Source: Laetmonice hystrix (taxonomy: Eukaryota). Taken from it: a stretch of 64,000 bases of DNA. The stretch spans positions 7,936,001 through 8,000,000 of the forward strand of contig OZ249445.1 of the NCBI GenBank assembly GCA_965235115.1, in the 5' to 3' direction. Within the stretch, counting starts at the first letter, position 1; every line of letters begins with the position of its first letter. A program made the translations under genes and the position numbers. Under the pieces are notes generated by a model. The model saw only the letters and a program-made list of their open reading frames with translations, did not search any database and was not told the origin of the DNA. This document shows, in pieces, positions 14,317-27,100 of this stretch.

Positions 14317-16082
14317 GAAATTAAAGGTAGCAAGCATTCTTTGACGACCTCCACTAGCCCCTGCCAAACCTGCGTACCTTTCTATCTTCCCTTGTTTGGC
14401 GAAAAGCCTTCCACTTAGCGCACGCAGAGTGCACCCATGTATTACTTAGCCATGCACGCTCCCCCCTAGCAGGAGCCCAGCTTCCTGAAGGCGGTGCCAC
14501 CCCTCCCCTGGCACTCGCACTTCTTGGGATGAAATGACCTTCACCCTTTATGGCCTATAGACAGGGCACGGTGAATAGCAAATGGAAAATAGGCGTGGTC
14601 GGGGGACGGGGAAACGAAAATAGATAGAGCACAAGTCCGGCCGTAAAGGTCAAAATAATCTACCACAATAATACTAGATGAAAAAGAGTCACTAGGGACA
14701 TTAAATACGAATGCCAGGGCTTCACCCAAATATCTGCCCCTGTGCCAGGCCTCTTACTCAGGATCACTGCTATCAAGGCTTTGGCAGTTGGTCTACTAGC
14801 TGTCTACTGTGCCAACTCTTTATAATCTTAATACCATCATGAACGGCTCTGTGGCGCACAACGTGTACACAATCATTGGTTCTTGCATACATGTCTCTTT
14901 CATAGAGAGAATGGCGAGACAAGCATGTTCCTATCCTATTTATCTTCGCTAATAGGGACCAGAGGTAAACCCCAATCCCTTCACATCCTGGTATTCACAG
15001 CTAAGAAACTGCCTGAAAAAACAGATTATTAATCAACGTAGATTTCAATGGAGTTTACCTCAAATCAAGCCATAGAACGATATCTTATACAGAACCAGAG
15101 CCTGTAATATATTATGGTTAAGCGAGTGTTGGATTGATGATAATTTTTATAACAGTTTATGGACCACTGATGCCAGAATCTACCGACATCGATTCTCACC
15201 CTCGTCCCCATACGTCGCATGTAACATGTTGCCCATGTACATCATACATCTCCAACAATCGGCTGTTGTAACAGCGAGTTGTGAAATAAGTTTTTTCGGG
15301 CTACCGGAAATGTATCTTTTTTTTAAACCTTGTTCACGCCACGGCGGCTGCACTGGTTGTCGACAGGGCGTCAAAGTAGGCTTTATTTTAAACACTAAAC
15401 ATGGTTATCTAACAGCACCCGTTTTTTCACTTTTGTTATATTTCGCCCCAAGCATCTTACCAAATTATCTTGGGGATTACTTCAACCAATGTTTATGCAG
15501 CCGTTCAAATAATAGCATCCCGTAGAGTGCTTTGTAGAGAAATTGATTATGTTACCAGCAAACTATATGAGGTGAAAGCTAAACAACTCATTACCTTTTT
15601 TATGCACAATCACACGGTGCTCGGAGGAGGATGCGTATTCTATCTTTGTAAGTGGCGGAAATAATGGATCTGTGACAAAGGTTTACTGTGGGCGCAGGCA
15701 GAGAGAGGGGTAATTCGCCAACGACTCTCAGCTAGCCTAGCTTATTAATTTAGACCCAGCTGTGCCGGGCTGGCTGGCAGCCGTGGTGGTGCTAACACGG
15801 CCACGTCATAGCACATCATCAGCCTTTCTGCCGGTGATTGTATCAGTCAATCACCACGTGCTTGGCCCCTTAACAGCTTGCCCTACAATAGGTGCCACAA
15901 CGAAAGGCTTTGATGAATAGGTCTGGTTGGCGGCTTTTAATATGCGAATAACTCCGGCCCTTTGAACTTCACAGCTTTCAAACGGTGGTACCGAATGGGA
16001 TAAGATTCATAGCTAAAGATGGTAAATTATATCACACTAAGTGTATGAGTGGCGGCATTTTTCATTATGGCCCTCGTGTGGC

Positions 16083-16222
16083 NNNNNNNNNNNNNNNNNN
16101 NNNNNNNNNNNNNNNNNNNNNNNNNNNNNNNNNNNNNNNNNNNNNNNNNNNNNNNNNNNNNNNNNNNNNNNNNNNNNNNNNNNNNNNNNNNNNNNNNNNN
16201 NNNNNNNNNNNNNNNNNNNNNN
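16083..16222. other. Assembly gap (140 N)
   Basis: Run of n. Confidence 1.
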
Positions 16223-18018
16223 CCTTCTTGTGCCACAACTGGTCTGGCAGGAATGACCCTAAATGAGGGGTACGCAAATTAATGTATGTTTAACATAAGT
16301 AGGAGTGTTTAGTTCAACATTGAATTCATGTTTATCATGATGGATGTAGTACACTGTGCATGTAAATCTATCAGTCTATCACGTTTTATGCACGAGATGT
16401 GTACAAGTATGTATGACGTCAGATATGTACATATTACTGCCACTCTTTCTGCTTGTCTGCCTGCCTGTCTATAAGTAGGCCCTATGTCTGTATGCGTGTA
16501 GGTGTGGGGGTATGTGTGTATGTATGTTATGTGTAAGTAAGTGGGTGTGCATAATATATGTATACCGAGTTCATCCGGGTGCGGATCAATGCATAATACG
16601 CCAGCCAGCCATCTGTAGGCGGCAGGCATGGCTCGCCATTATGTTCGCTTTTGTACAGAACCACCAAAGAAAAGGGTTCCTCAAATTAGTAGGACGCTGG
16701 GCCGGCATCAGACAGAGAAATGATCAGCCTGAGCCCCTCTGTGATCGGGGCTGCATCATTCACCTTCTGCACACACCCGTATTGCATCTTAGTTTCACTA
16801 AAAAGTGAGCTTTGTGAGCGTTTTAACCTAGCATTCACGTGCATTTCGTCAATACAACACGGCCAGGCGTTTGGTGATGTACGAGATGTTATACTGGACG
16901 AAACAATTAGTGATTCAGACATTAATTGAGAGGGGACGGTTCACTATTGGTCCCTATACTAGATAATTAACAGTGAAGTATGCGGGTTTCTATAACATAA
17001 CCAACGATGATAAAAACTGTATTACTCCACTGTTGTTTCGGAAGCCCTTCGTGACTTCTAGTATAGTGTATTTATTAAAATTTTGGATAACAAGGGATGT
17101 CGACGAAAACCAGCCTTTTTGGTTTCCCTGGCTGAGAGACATTCCCTTTATTGTTTCTTTATAAATATTAATTTACAATTGGTTATTTACCACGCTATTT
17201 GGTCTGTTGTAAAACGTGGAGAAATAATAAAAAACCTACAAACAAAAAAAACGGTATGTTTAAACGAACTTTCTATGCATGGTGACCCGCACGTTAATCC
17301 TCTTTATAGCAAGCAACAAACTTACGAAATGTAGGACGCCTTCCTTCCTCAATGTGACTATAGAATACTGGCGCATACATCGAGAAGTAACATTAACTCC
17401 CGTCATCCGACCACTAGAGACATAATCTGTCACAACAATGGGACGGCTAACTTACAATAGGTCAGGAATGATAGGACCTCAGTATAACCGGAGCAAGCCG
17501 TTGTGGGACTAAGAAATGAATCCACTCCTGGTCCCAGGCTCAGGTTGCGTGTGGCGTTTTCTCTTGCTGTTACTGTAATAAAATTTCTTTTGTCATTCAT
17601 TTTGTCCAGGACTTTTTCGATATATCAAGAAAACAACGCATTTTGACTTCTCTTGAAAGGGTTTTCGTTGTGTTAAGAATTCTATACTAATATCAGTAAT
17701 AGTAAAAGTTTATAGCTGTTTGGAGGCATGCTGATATAAAGAACTCTGACTATACTCGATATCACCAGTCGGATTTTCATTGTTATCAGTCAACAAAGTA
17801 TTTCCACTGAGGATCACCCCATTGCTGATCCACGGATCTTAGTATGCATCTATCATAATAGATCTAAAAAGGTTGAATGTCTCTAGTTTCCTCGTTGTAG
17901 CCTAGGTAGGCTATAAGGCATGTGGGTAGTCGCAATGAAAGCGGTAATTCATAGTTCAGTCGGCCTTGAAGCATAGGCTGCACTGAGCTAAACGTCCCCT
18001 GTCACTCCAGAAAAATCA

Positions 18019-18127
18019 CCTGACCTGAATGGATCAAGGACATCTAGCCTACCGCCTGACACTTGAATAGATCAAGCCTACCGCCTGCTACCTGAATGGA
18101 TCAAGGTCATGCCTGCCGCCTGCCGCT
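18019..18127 (+). repeat. Degenerate ~30-40-bp tandem repeat (cctgaatggatcaagg...gcctaccgcctg), ~3 copies
   Basis: tgaat(g/a)gatcaag and gcct(a/g)ccgcctg each occur three times in alternation. Confidence 0.7.
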
Positions 18128-21100
18128 GATGACACCCTTCAACACCGTTTTTTTACACGTCGTACTCTGACGAGGTGGCTATGGGATTAACTTGACATTG
18201 TTACATTAATGTACGAGCCATGACATCGGAATCTCGAGCTTGGTGCTGTCCATTAGCATCCTCTGTTGAAAGGCCACCGTGTGAGGGGTTGCTTGGCTTA
18301 CCCATCGGCTGCCCGGCCATACCATCAGGCTTGTCGACCGCCTTAATATCCGCACCAGTCGATTTAAGATGATTGAATTGATCCAATAAAGAGAGCCTAT
18401 TTATAACCATCGGTGTAGATTAATGGGACCTTGATTTAAGCCTAATGAAATAACGATGGCGGCGTTGTTTTGATACTGTGATAATTGAGCCAAGAACCGA
18501 GTGGAATTGATTTACCTTGTTTAATCTTCTGTCGTAATAAAGATGTGCCTTCTTGAAATCGATATAACCTTTTACAAGAGGTCAGTTACATTGAAACCTT
18601 CTTTATAATTATGATTTATTTATGACCCATATAGTTCTTTCACAGTTCGAGATCATCGACCTGTTATTTAAATTGTATCTCGTGTTACTAAATATTGATT
18701 ATTATGGTCAGTTGCTTACACAAAGAAAATATTTGATTGCATATTTTTCCGCTGATAAGCGATCTGCTTTCGAGGTTTAAGATTACGTAAAAGGGAGCTT
18801 CCTCATGCAAACATGGTGTAATTTTAATCCTTTCTTTAGGTCGTCATTACAGTAACAAACATAAGATCCGATGTTTTCTGAGGGCTGAGGGCTGGAGGCA
18901 TCAATCATAAACTTGCAAAATCACTAGCCACATACCGTTTTGGATTTGAAGCCGCCTCTGATGGTCTTTAGACTAATTATTGGTGATTCTGTTTGACTTG
19001 TACTGCCCTACTATCAGGGTCTGCTTCATAATCCGTATTCATAGTGCTGATGAGCGAGTTCTGGTCACTTATTGTAAGGAGTAGGGCTGGAGGTGTCCCG
19101 GTGCGCGGGTTTACTCTTGATATCCTCTATGGACGGAATAACACGAGTTACTGACAGGGCGTAAAGCAATCACTCACTCGCCCGTCTACTGCGTAGTGTT
19201 AACAACGGAAAAGTTGGACAGAGGCTCAACCTGCGGAGTCAATCAGCTTCAGTGAGTGGGCGCGAGTGGGTGAGGTCCACCCGCTCAGGGCGTCGCTTGA
19301 TCTGTCTGAACGTGTCTCAAGCGTTGATAGCGTAACATCTGCCCTAATAAACGTCCCCAAACAGGTCAACACCATCAAAGCCTGGGGCCGGAAGCAAGCC
19401 TGGCCTTCCATTGGAAGTAAACCCTTGACGGCGAACACCCTCTCATGCCGAGGTCCTACTTGTGGTTCAAAAAGCCTATCTGGCTAGGTAATCTTCTGGC
19501 TCCTCTTTGTAGAAGCACCTCTGATGAGGTCGTCTTAAGTTTGTCTTTACTGGCAATATTGGGAATGTAGCTTTATTGCGGCGTGAAGTGTTCGCTCAAG
19601 GCTACACTCTAAAATGTAACGCGACTGTCCGTATACGAGCGATACTGGTGATGTGCATTACGGTGTCATTACCCCCTCCCCGCGTGCATCCCCCCCCCCC
19701 GCATGTTTCGTACAGTAGAGGAAAGGGTACCATGGTCTCAACACCAGCTTGTGGAATGATCTGAAACAATTTGCACCGATTTACGGGTGTCGTAACAAAG
19801 TCGGAAATGCCTACCTGTGACATTTACGAGTTTCGTTAACGAGCAACTAGAATAATGTACGAGATGACCGCCCTCAAAAGTATACAGTGAGAAGAACGCA
19901 GTTCGCCATCAAAAATTATCAGTGACACTTTGATCTTTTTGTGCGCCACTAAGCCTGCGCGGCGTCTCTTTGCGACAGGCCCCGCCCCCTGCCACTGATG
20001 ATACATCTTCTGTTTAGCCTTTCCATGGGCACTTTGACGTATCCAGTCAATAAATAGCACAACGACCTTGTCTGAGTAAGGCCAACAAGTGGGGCTGTCA
20101 CCGCAGTTGGTTTGGGTGAAGGTAAGCGAGTCTTGGCGACGAGTTGATTCTGTGGTTTGCTGACCTTTATCTCTGACAGGAGGCAGTAGTCCAAAGACCG
20201 CCAACGGCTTCTGAACACGTGGCAGTCCCCGATAAGCGGAGAACCTGCGAGATGACAGATAGTGTAGCCATGGTCACCAGGGTGTCCGAAAGGAGGAGAC
20301 GTGCTTTGGCGCTGTTCACAAAAGATGAAAGGTTGGTGTGGACTTAGAGGACCAGCCGGGCTGTCTCCGGCCGCGTCTTCCCGGGCACGATGACATGTTT
20401 TAGACGCGGTTCCCCACCACGTCAGGCCAGCGCACGACCTGGGGCACTAATGCAGACGTTACATACAGAAATTCGACAGGCGAAACTGACTTAGAGCTGC
20501 CCCTGTCCTGATCCTTCTTAAAATTACTCTTTATCGCACCTTTGGGTTATCAAATTACTGTACCATTCTACTCACGAGGTCTTGTCCCCGTAATGAAATC
20601 TGACAGGATAACGCCAAACGATCCGTTCCTCAGGTTGCCAACTTATTGTCTGAAGGCATTCACCCCCCTCACTAAACCTTCACTCCTACCCTTCAAGGCT
20701 AGTACAAGTAATCAGATTTTGCAAGTATCATATAGGACGTTTGTGACTAAAAACTTTATTTCTGTGAACAGGATATCCGCCGTCAAATGCTCACAGACCA
20801 CCACCGTTTTTGTTGCCCGAACTATTCAGTGAAACGGCAGCAAAGGGATGGCGCTGAGGGATTTCAGGTTTAGTCTCCTTAGCTTATCATCTAAAAAACT
20901 TTTAGGTGAGAACCCCGAGTTTTTCAATATAAGGATGACACAAATTTATTAAATGCATACGAGAGAATTCGAATATGAATAAAGTAATGGTAGGGCGGCA
21001 ATGCGAAGGAAGCATGACATTACGCGTTTGCTAGATGTAGACAGAGATAAAATTGCCATAATCCTTATAGAATGGATAATCTAACATTGGAAAAGATGAA

Positions 21101-24100
21101 TTAGATAATCCATTTCCTTTCTGCCATTTGTATTTAGTCGGTTGCTAAGCACAGCGTTGCATTAAGTCTGGCACTTGTCACGGCAGGAACCGTTCCGTTT
21201 GTTCGGACAGAAAGCATTTACCTTTTTCCATCGAAACCGTCAATGAAATATTCTTTGTCACCATCGCGAATTAGAGTTAACTTTTCCTGTCGATTAATGT
21301 AAACGTTTGGCATTTCGTTCGGCTTAGCACTTTACACCTTTTCGCTTCATGCTGTTATGAGTTGTAATAAAGGGCGTGGAAACAAGAGCCATGTCCCAAA
21401 TGTTGGCTATTTCAAGCAAACCACACGAACAATAACGATTCCGGAAGTGAATGCTGTGTGAAGGTGACCCGTAGGAGCAAATGAACTGCATTCACTGGTG
21501 ACAACGCGACTCGTACGGAATTTCAAATGCAGGAGGCTTCACACGCCGACTAGCCTTGAAGCAATGGAATTATACCACAATAAAGATTCAATGATTCAAT
21601 TTTATGCTGATTCAACATCAATGCACTTTCTATTTTAAAAAATCACGGTCTAAATATCTTTTTTAAGTCCCAGTTGTGCATTGTAGAACTAAATGATTTT
21701 GTTTCAATTTCCTTTTTCTAACTATTCTCCAATCACATTAGTATCGGCAAAATGGTAGTAGCAAGGAGAAACAAGGTAAACTGGGCGAACGCCCATCAAA
21801 TTCAACATCCTCCCTTGCATTGCTCTTTTGAATATGCCATCATCTGTTCTCTCCTGAATACTTCACGCACGTCCCTCGTGGTTATTCGTGTTAAGCAGGG
21901 CAACAGACAGCTGCCATTAAGACGAATATTCGAAAAATCGGTGTTTCTCGCGGGCATCTTTAGTCAAATCGTTTTGACTGTGGTTTTAGCTTCTTCCAGA
22001 CAGCAAAAAACTACTTTTGGTTTGATGTGGCTGACCCAGTGAGTGATACTTCAAATTGCCTATTTAATATTCATGTCAACCTTTAAGGAGAACATTATCC
22101 AGACCATGAAAAAGGACGTGTTGTCTTCACAGTTTCCCTGACAATCCCAAGGAGATTCTCAATGGAGCATATACGTGTGTGGTGACAGAATAACATGCAA
22201 ATCAATTTGACTCTCAAGGCTTATTTAACGACTCCAACCTTCATGGCTCCATCTATACCACATTCTACTTGCCTACCAGTGACATAACACTTGATGTTAA
22301 TATTCTAGTTGTGGCGTCAGCCTAAACATTCTGGCTCAAACAGAGAGGCAGGAAGTAGACAAGTAGTCCCAGCATTCATTAAACAATGCGATGTATGGCG
22401 ACCAGGGGCACCACGTGCAAACACGAGCATGTTGTGGCAGCTGGTGCTCGGCTGCTTGCCCACACATAAAACATTCCTCCATATTGGATCCCTATACTCA
22501 ATGACATGTAAGTCGGCCCAAATAAAGTGGTGGGATTGCCCATTAGCGGCTTGACCGTTCAGGAAATTCGTCAATTATCCCGGAGAAAGAGGCTGGGCAG
22601 CAGAGACGCAGTGAATCACGCGGTGGTCTACAAGAGTCGTCAACAGAACAGTAAACAGGCCGTTCTGGGAAATATGACGGAACACTGATGGAATATAGCT
22701 TACGTGTAGTCCAAGGCACAAATCAATGTACATAACACAGAGAAATTGCATTGTAGGATCATATATACCGCTTGTAATACAACAATAATAGGCTTATTAT
22801 ACGAAGGTGATAGGACATATATCTGGTTGATGGTGTTTGCAATGACAGACATGCGGTAGTAATTACTAGCGATGCTGTACAGTGCGCCGTTCACAGGTAA
22901 TCATTGCTCCAACGTTGAGAGACAAAACGACTGATCCTGCTCAATATCACAAACTGCCCCATTCAGAAACATGGTAAAGTTAATTTTATCTGGCCCAAGG
23001 CCCGTCAAGTATTTGAATTTCAATTGTTGGAATTGACTTCAAGCTAATTAAAATTAGCTCGATTTCGCCAATGGTCTGGGGCAGCGTTGTTGCCTAACAA
23101 AAGGTAACTCGTCGCATTTGACATTTGTTCAGAGACTAACGAAATTTCATGTATATAGGACTCAAAACTACCCAGGTCACGAAACATAATAACAACCATT
23201 ACATTATCTCTGTAGGTTGATCAATAAACAGCCTTTAAAAACTCACCAATCGTCCAAATAGTTTATTTTTAACGTGTAGTCAGACCTCGTTAATCCATGC
23301 TTCTTTAATCCGTATACCTCATAATCCAAACATACCTTCTGGTAACCTCTTCTACCATTTCCTATTTAAAATGATTCAGTAATCAGTATGTTTCACATTC
23401 CTCATTGGTCTATATCTTCATAAAATGTGCGCCCTTTATACCCATCCCGATTCTGTAGTAACCTAAACGCGAGTTTATACATCAGAACGGAATAACTCCA
23501 TTGTGATGATCAACCATTACAGAGTATATATATGGGGGTGTATCCGTATAGACATCCCTTCAAGGTTTCCTGGAAGGAGACATGGAGCGTTCGTAGCACT
23601 GGCATATCTCCTACCTGGCTGCTAGTATAACATGTGGCGGGGCGATACAAAGCATATCGTAATATAAAAACATCTCACCCCAATTCAAGTTGTCATGTAT
23701 ATGTAAATTGCGCTGTCATATCGTGTCCCACGCCTGTTCAATAACAGCCAGTGCATTCGTTTTTAGTGCGCATACTGGGACCAAAATAGGTCGTTTCTCA
23801 AGATGTAATATCCGTCAGGCTGCAAGCCAACACAGACCATAAAATGAGCGGCGATTCCCGGCGGCCCAGTCCAACCACTAACACCAAAACATTCTCATCA
23901 ATGAATGTCAATACCGAGAAAATGCTATGTGATGCACGCTCACGGAAATTCTTTTTCATGGGAGTGTAATTAATCAAACAGAAATGAAGATCGTATCTGC
24001 CAGCGTAAGATCGATATAGGAAGTATGGTTTACTGCTCACCGGTCCCGATAAACGTCAAACATTAGAGCCATTGACGGCCGATGACGACTGTACGTAGGC

Positions 24101-27100
24101 CGCGAACCAAGGCCCTGTCATAAGCAATATACCATATATACATGTACTTGTAGACATGCCTATGAAAGAGATGTTAGACCTTTGACATAATAACGGTGTG
24201 ACAGCAGTTTATCCTGAGGCGAGTTTGTCGATGAAATGAAATTCTATATCCATCATTTCACTTGATATAACCAAGTGGGTGGAGAAGCATTCGGTGCACG
24301 AGCAACGGTGCATTTCTTGCGTTGAAAATGATTCATCACATTATGACTGGCAAGAAACATTCTGCGAATATTTCCTTTAAACGAGATACACCTTCCAATC
24401 CCCAAAGGTGGTTTAGTTTTGCTAATAGATATCCTACGAATATAAATATTGTATTTGGTAAAATCAACATATGGCCCTTTTTTACAAGTCCCCGTAACCT
24501 TTTTACGGATGCCAGCTTTTGACAGGACCGTTATTTAGACAGATGGTGCATATTCACTGACATGAGTAGCCAAGTCGAGGCAAATGGAAATCAGCTTGAA
24601 AATGTGCAAATGAGATGAGTATTGTTTGCCCTTCGGTATTTGGTAATATTTCACGGGAGACAGTCTGTTTGCGCATGTCCTTCGCTAATTTGTACCCGGA
24701 TGGAAGTGAGAATAAGGCACGGCTATCCTTTAACTTGGACGTGACATTTCCGTATTTGTGGAGACTGGCTTGCCACAATCATCCCCGTCAGAAATCAAAT
24801 TGTTCACGATCCAAACAGCAGTTATTTCTTAGGATTGACGTTCCAAGTCTTCAGACTCCTAATTGAAAGGCCATCGCACATAGAATGCCCCACCGGAAGT
24901 GAACACTATGGGTGAAAGTAGGTTGGTAGCCTCGAATAGTCGCAGAGCCCAGAAAGAGCACTCCATTCCACGGAGTTTTGTGTCAGTTATAAGAATGACT
25001 ATTGTAATCAAGGTCATCTAAGTATAAGTCGTAATTTAGAAGCAGCAAGAGAAGAAGTAGCCCCTACTTTATTACTTTAATTAGCGTCGTTTAAAGTCAT
25101 CCTTGGGAGAACAGTCACACATGAGGGGCCCATCTTCACTGACTGCTTCCATGACACTTAGACGTCGCTGCATGCAAACCTCTTCCTTATGGATATGTGA
25201 CCTATAATAATAGTCAGTGCTCGCTATCATCTGTAAAGCCAGACCACCGAGTAAGTACGCCACTGATTCCGGCTATGATCCCGTAGGCTAGTGCTGGTCG
25301 TCACGGCGGACAGTGAGAGCATGTACATCGTGATGTTAGAGGAATACGGACATGATCCATGGTTCTCCGCCTCCAAAGGCTCGACATTTGTTCTATTCCC
25401 CGCTATCTGCAAGTCTCGGTTGAAGGACATTGCCTGCCAGGGCTGATGTTGGCACTCCCAACATAGTAGGCGAATGAGACTATAAAGAGGTGAACCTCGG
25501 GCCGTGCCCTGTGTGGTGATTGGTCGGAACGCCGGCCATGGTAACGGTTGTGGTCAGTGACGTTGACATTTCATGATACGTCCTCCCACAGACCACGTGA
25601 CTCCCGCCGCCATGTTGACGGACCACTTCACAGCCCCCCCCCCCCATCTATCCGCTCACCGCCATATTTACCGTGATGCTGTGAGGCTTATTAGATGAGC
25701 CCTTCCACTTAGATGTGTTGACTCGGTCTCGGGCGGCTGCCTTGCGCCCGTGGGATGTCACAGGGTCCCTCATCTCCCCGGACCGGCTGTCCCTCGGCGG
25801 GCCCCGGGTCTTTATTACCCCGTCCCGGACTGTCTCTCACAGCATGGCGTCGCCGACATTCTTTTGATGTCGACCGGTGACTGGATGGGTCCAGCCTTGG
25901 TAGGGCTCAGCTTAAAGTGGTATTGATCCGTGGACCAAATTGTCCCCACCCTGAGTGTTATTGGTGGTCAGGACCGGGCTCTATACCCCCATGCTGCCCG
26001 ACCCCTATAGCTCCGACCCCGGCCCTGGGTCCAGAGGGCGCATCGATCGCCGATCCGCTCCAGCTGGGTGGGTCCGGCAGCTGCCACGCGTTGTTCCATT
26101 ACAGACAGATCAGCGGTTTCAGACCCTCGGCCAGGGTAAGACCTGTTAGTCATCAAACATCAAGTCTCACCCGTCTCAATCTGCCCAGGCTTACACACCT
26201 GTACGCGACAAACTTTGCTCGCCTGGACATTCTAAATCCCCACTAAGAAATCTATGATCACTGTGCCACCCATTATCTACAGCAAATGGACGTCTGCATC
26301 GGCCCGTTTTAAAGGTCTTTGTCAAAATCCTATCCTTCCACAAAATGTCTTTGCTCAGAAACCTTTGTTGAGTCTAAACAGCCATTTCTCTCTTTTTTCT
26401 TTAAACCATCGCGAGCTGTCTTCAGTCGCCTTAAAAATGAGAATTAGACCTTAGAGATGAATACCCATGTGCCAGTAAAGCTGCAACGGTCAGATCACTT
26501 CCAGGAATAGGCCTATTGTCTAGAGCTAATATCCTTTCCACGTGGCATACAAAAGATCACACCCATCTAACATAGGCACGATATCGATAACCCTAATGGA
26601 ATTTTATATTTATAGCATCTTAAAGTTAAACAGGCGTGGGAACAGTCATGACATCTGGTAGCTGAGCACGGTACTGATATTCTCTATTGAATTCGGTAGG
26701 ACGTCTATAGCTACAGTCGCCTGAGGACAGGACTGCACACGGCAGTATTCATCTGGTGAAACAACTTGATACATGTCAATCACTGTACAATTTAATTTCG
26801 ACCCATCAAGTTGACCTGCTTGACATTGTATTACATGAGATAACTAAATCGCTTCGTATATCTGAATCCCGCGGGTTTCTTCACATCTATGGTATACGAT
26901 ACTGCTGTAGAGGGTGTCTCACGGAATCTTGTAGGGCCGTAAATGATAGATCTGCCGTGGCGACGAAAGACAGAACCCTCACTCTATGAACTTTTACATG
27001 GGAAGCAGACTATATTGATATTCACTTTCATTATTTATAATGTAAACTGTCCAATAACTCAATTATACGTTTGTATCTTATTACTAAAACAACAGTCGTG

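Noticed and set aside
15985-16282. ORFs spanning the first N gap (likewise 46258-46774)
   Set aside because: They are artefacts of X codons.
18201-18410. GADIKAVDK ankyrin-like peptide
   Set aside because: It lacks the TPLH helix and a second repeat, and is too short.
19046-19535. CTGATGAG hammerhead-core motifs (also a loose Penelope-like gatgatga...ccgagacgcg at ~63320)
   Set aside because: No stem II plus GAAA, and no pairing stems I/III, could be built.
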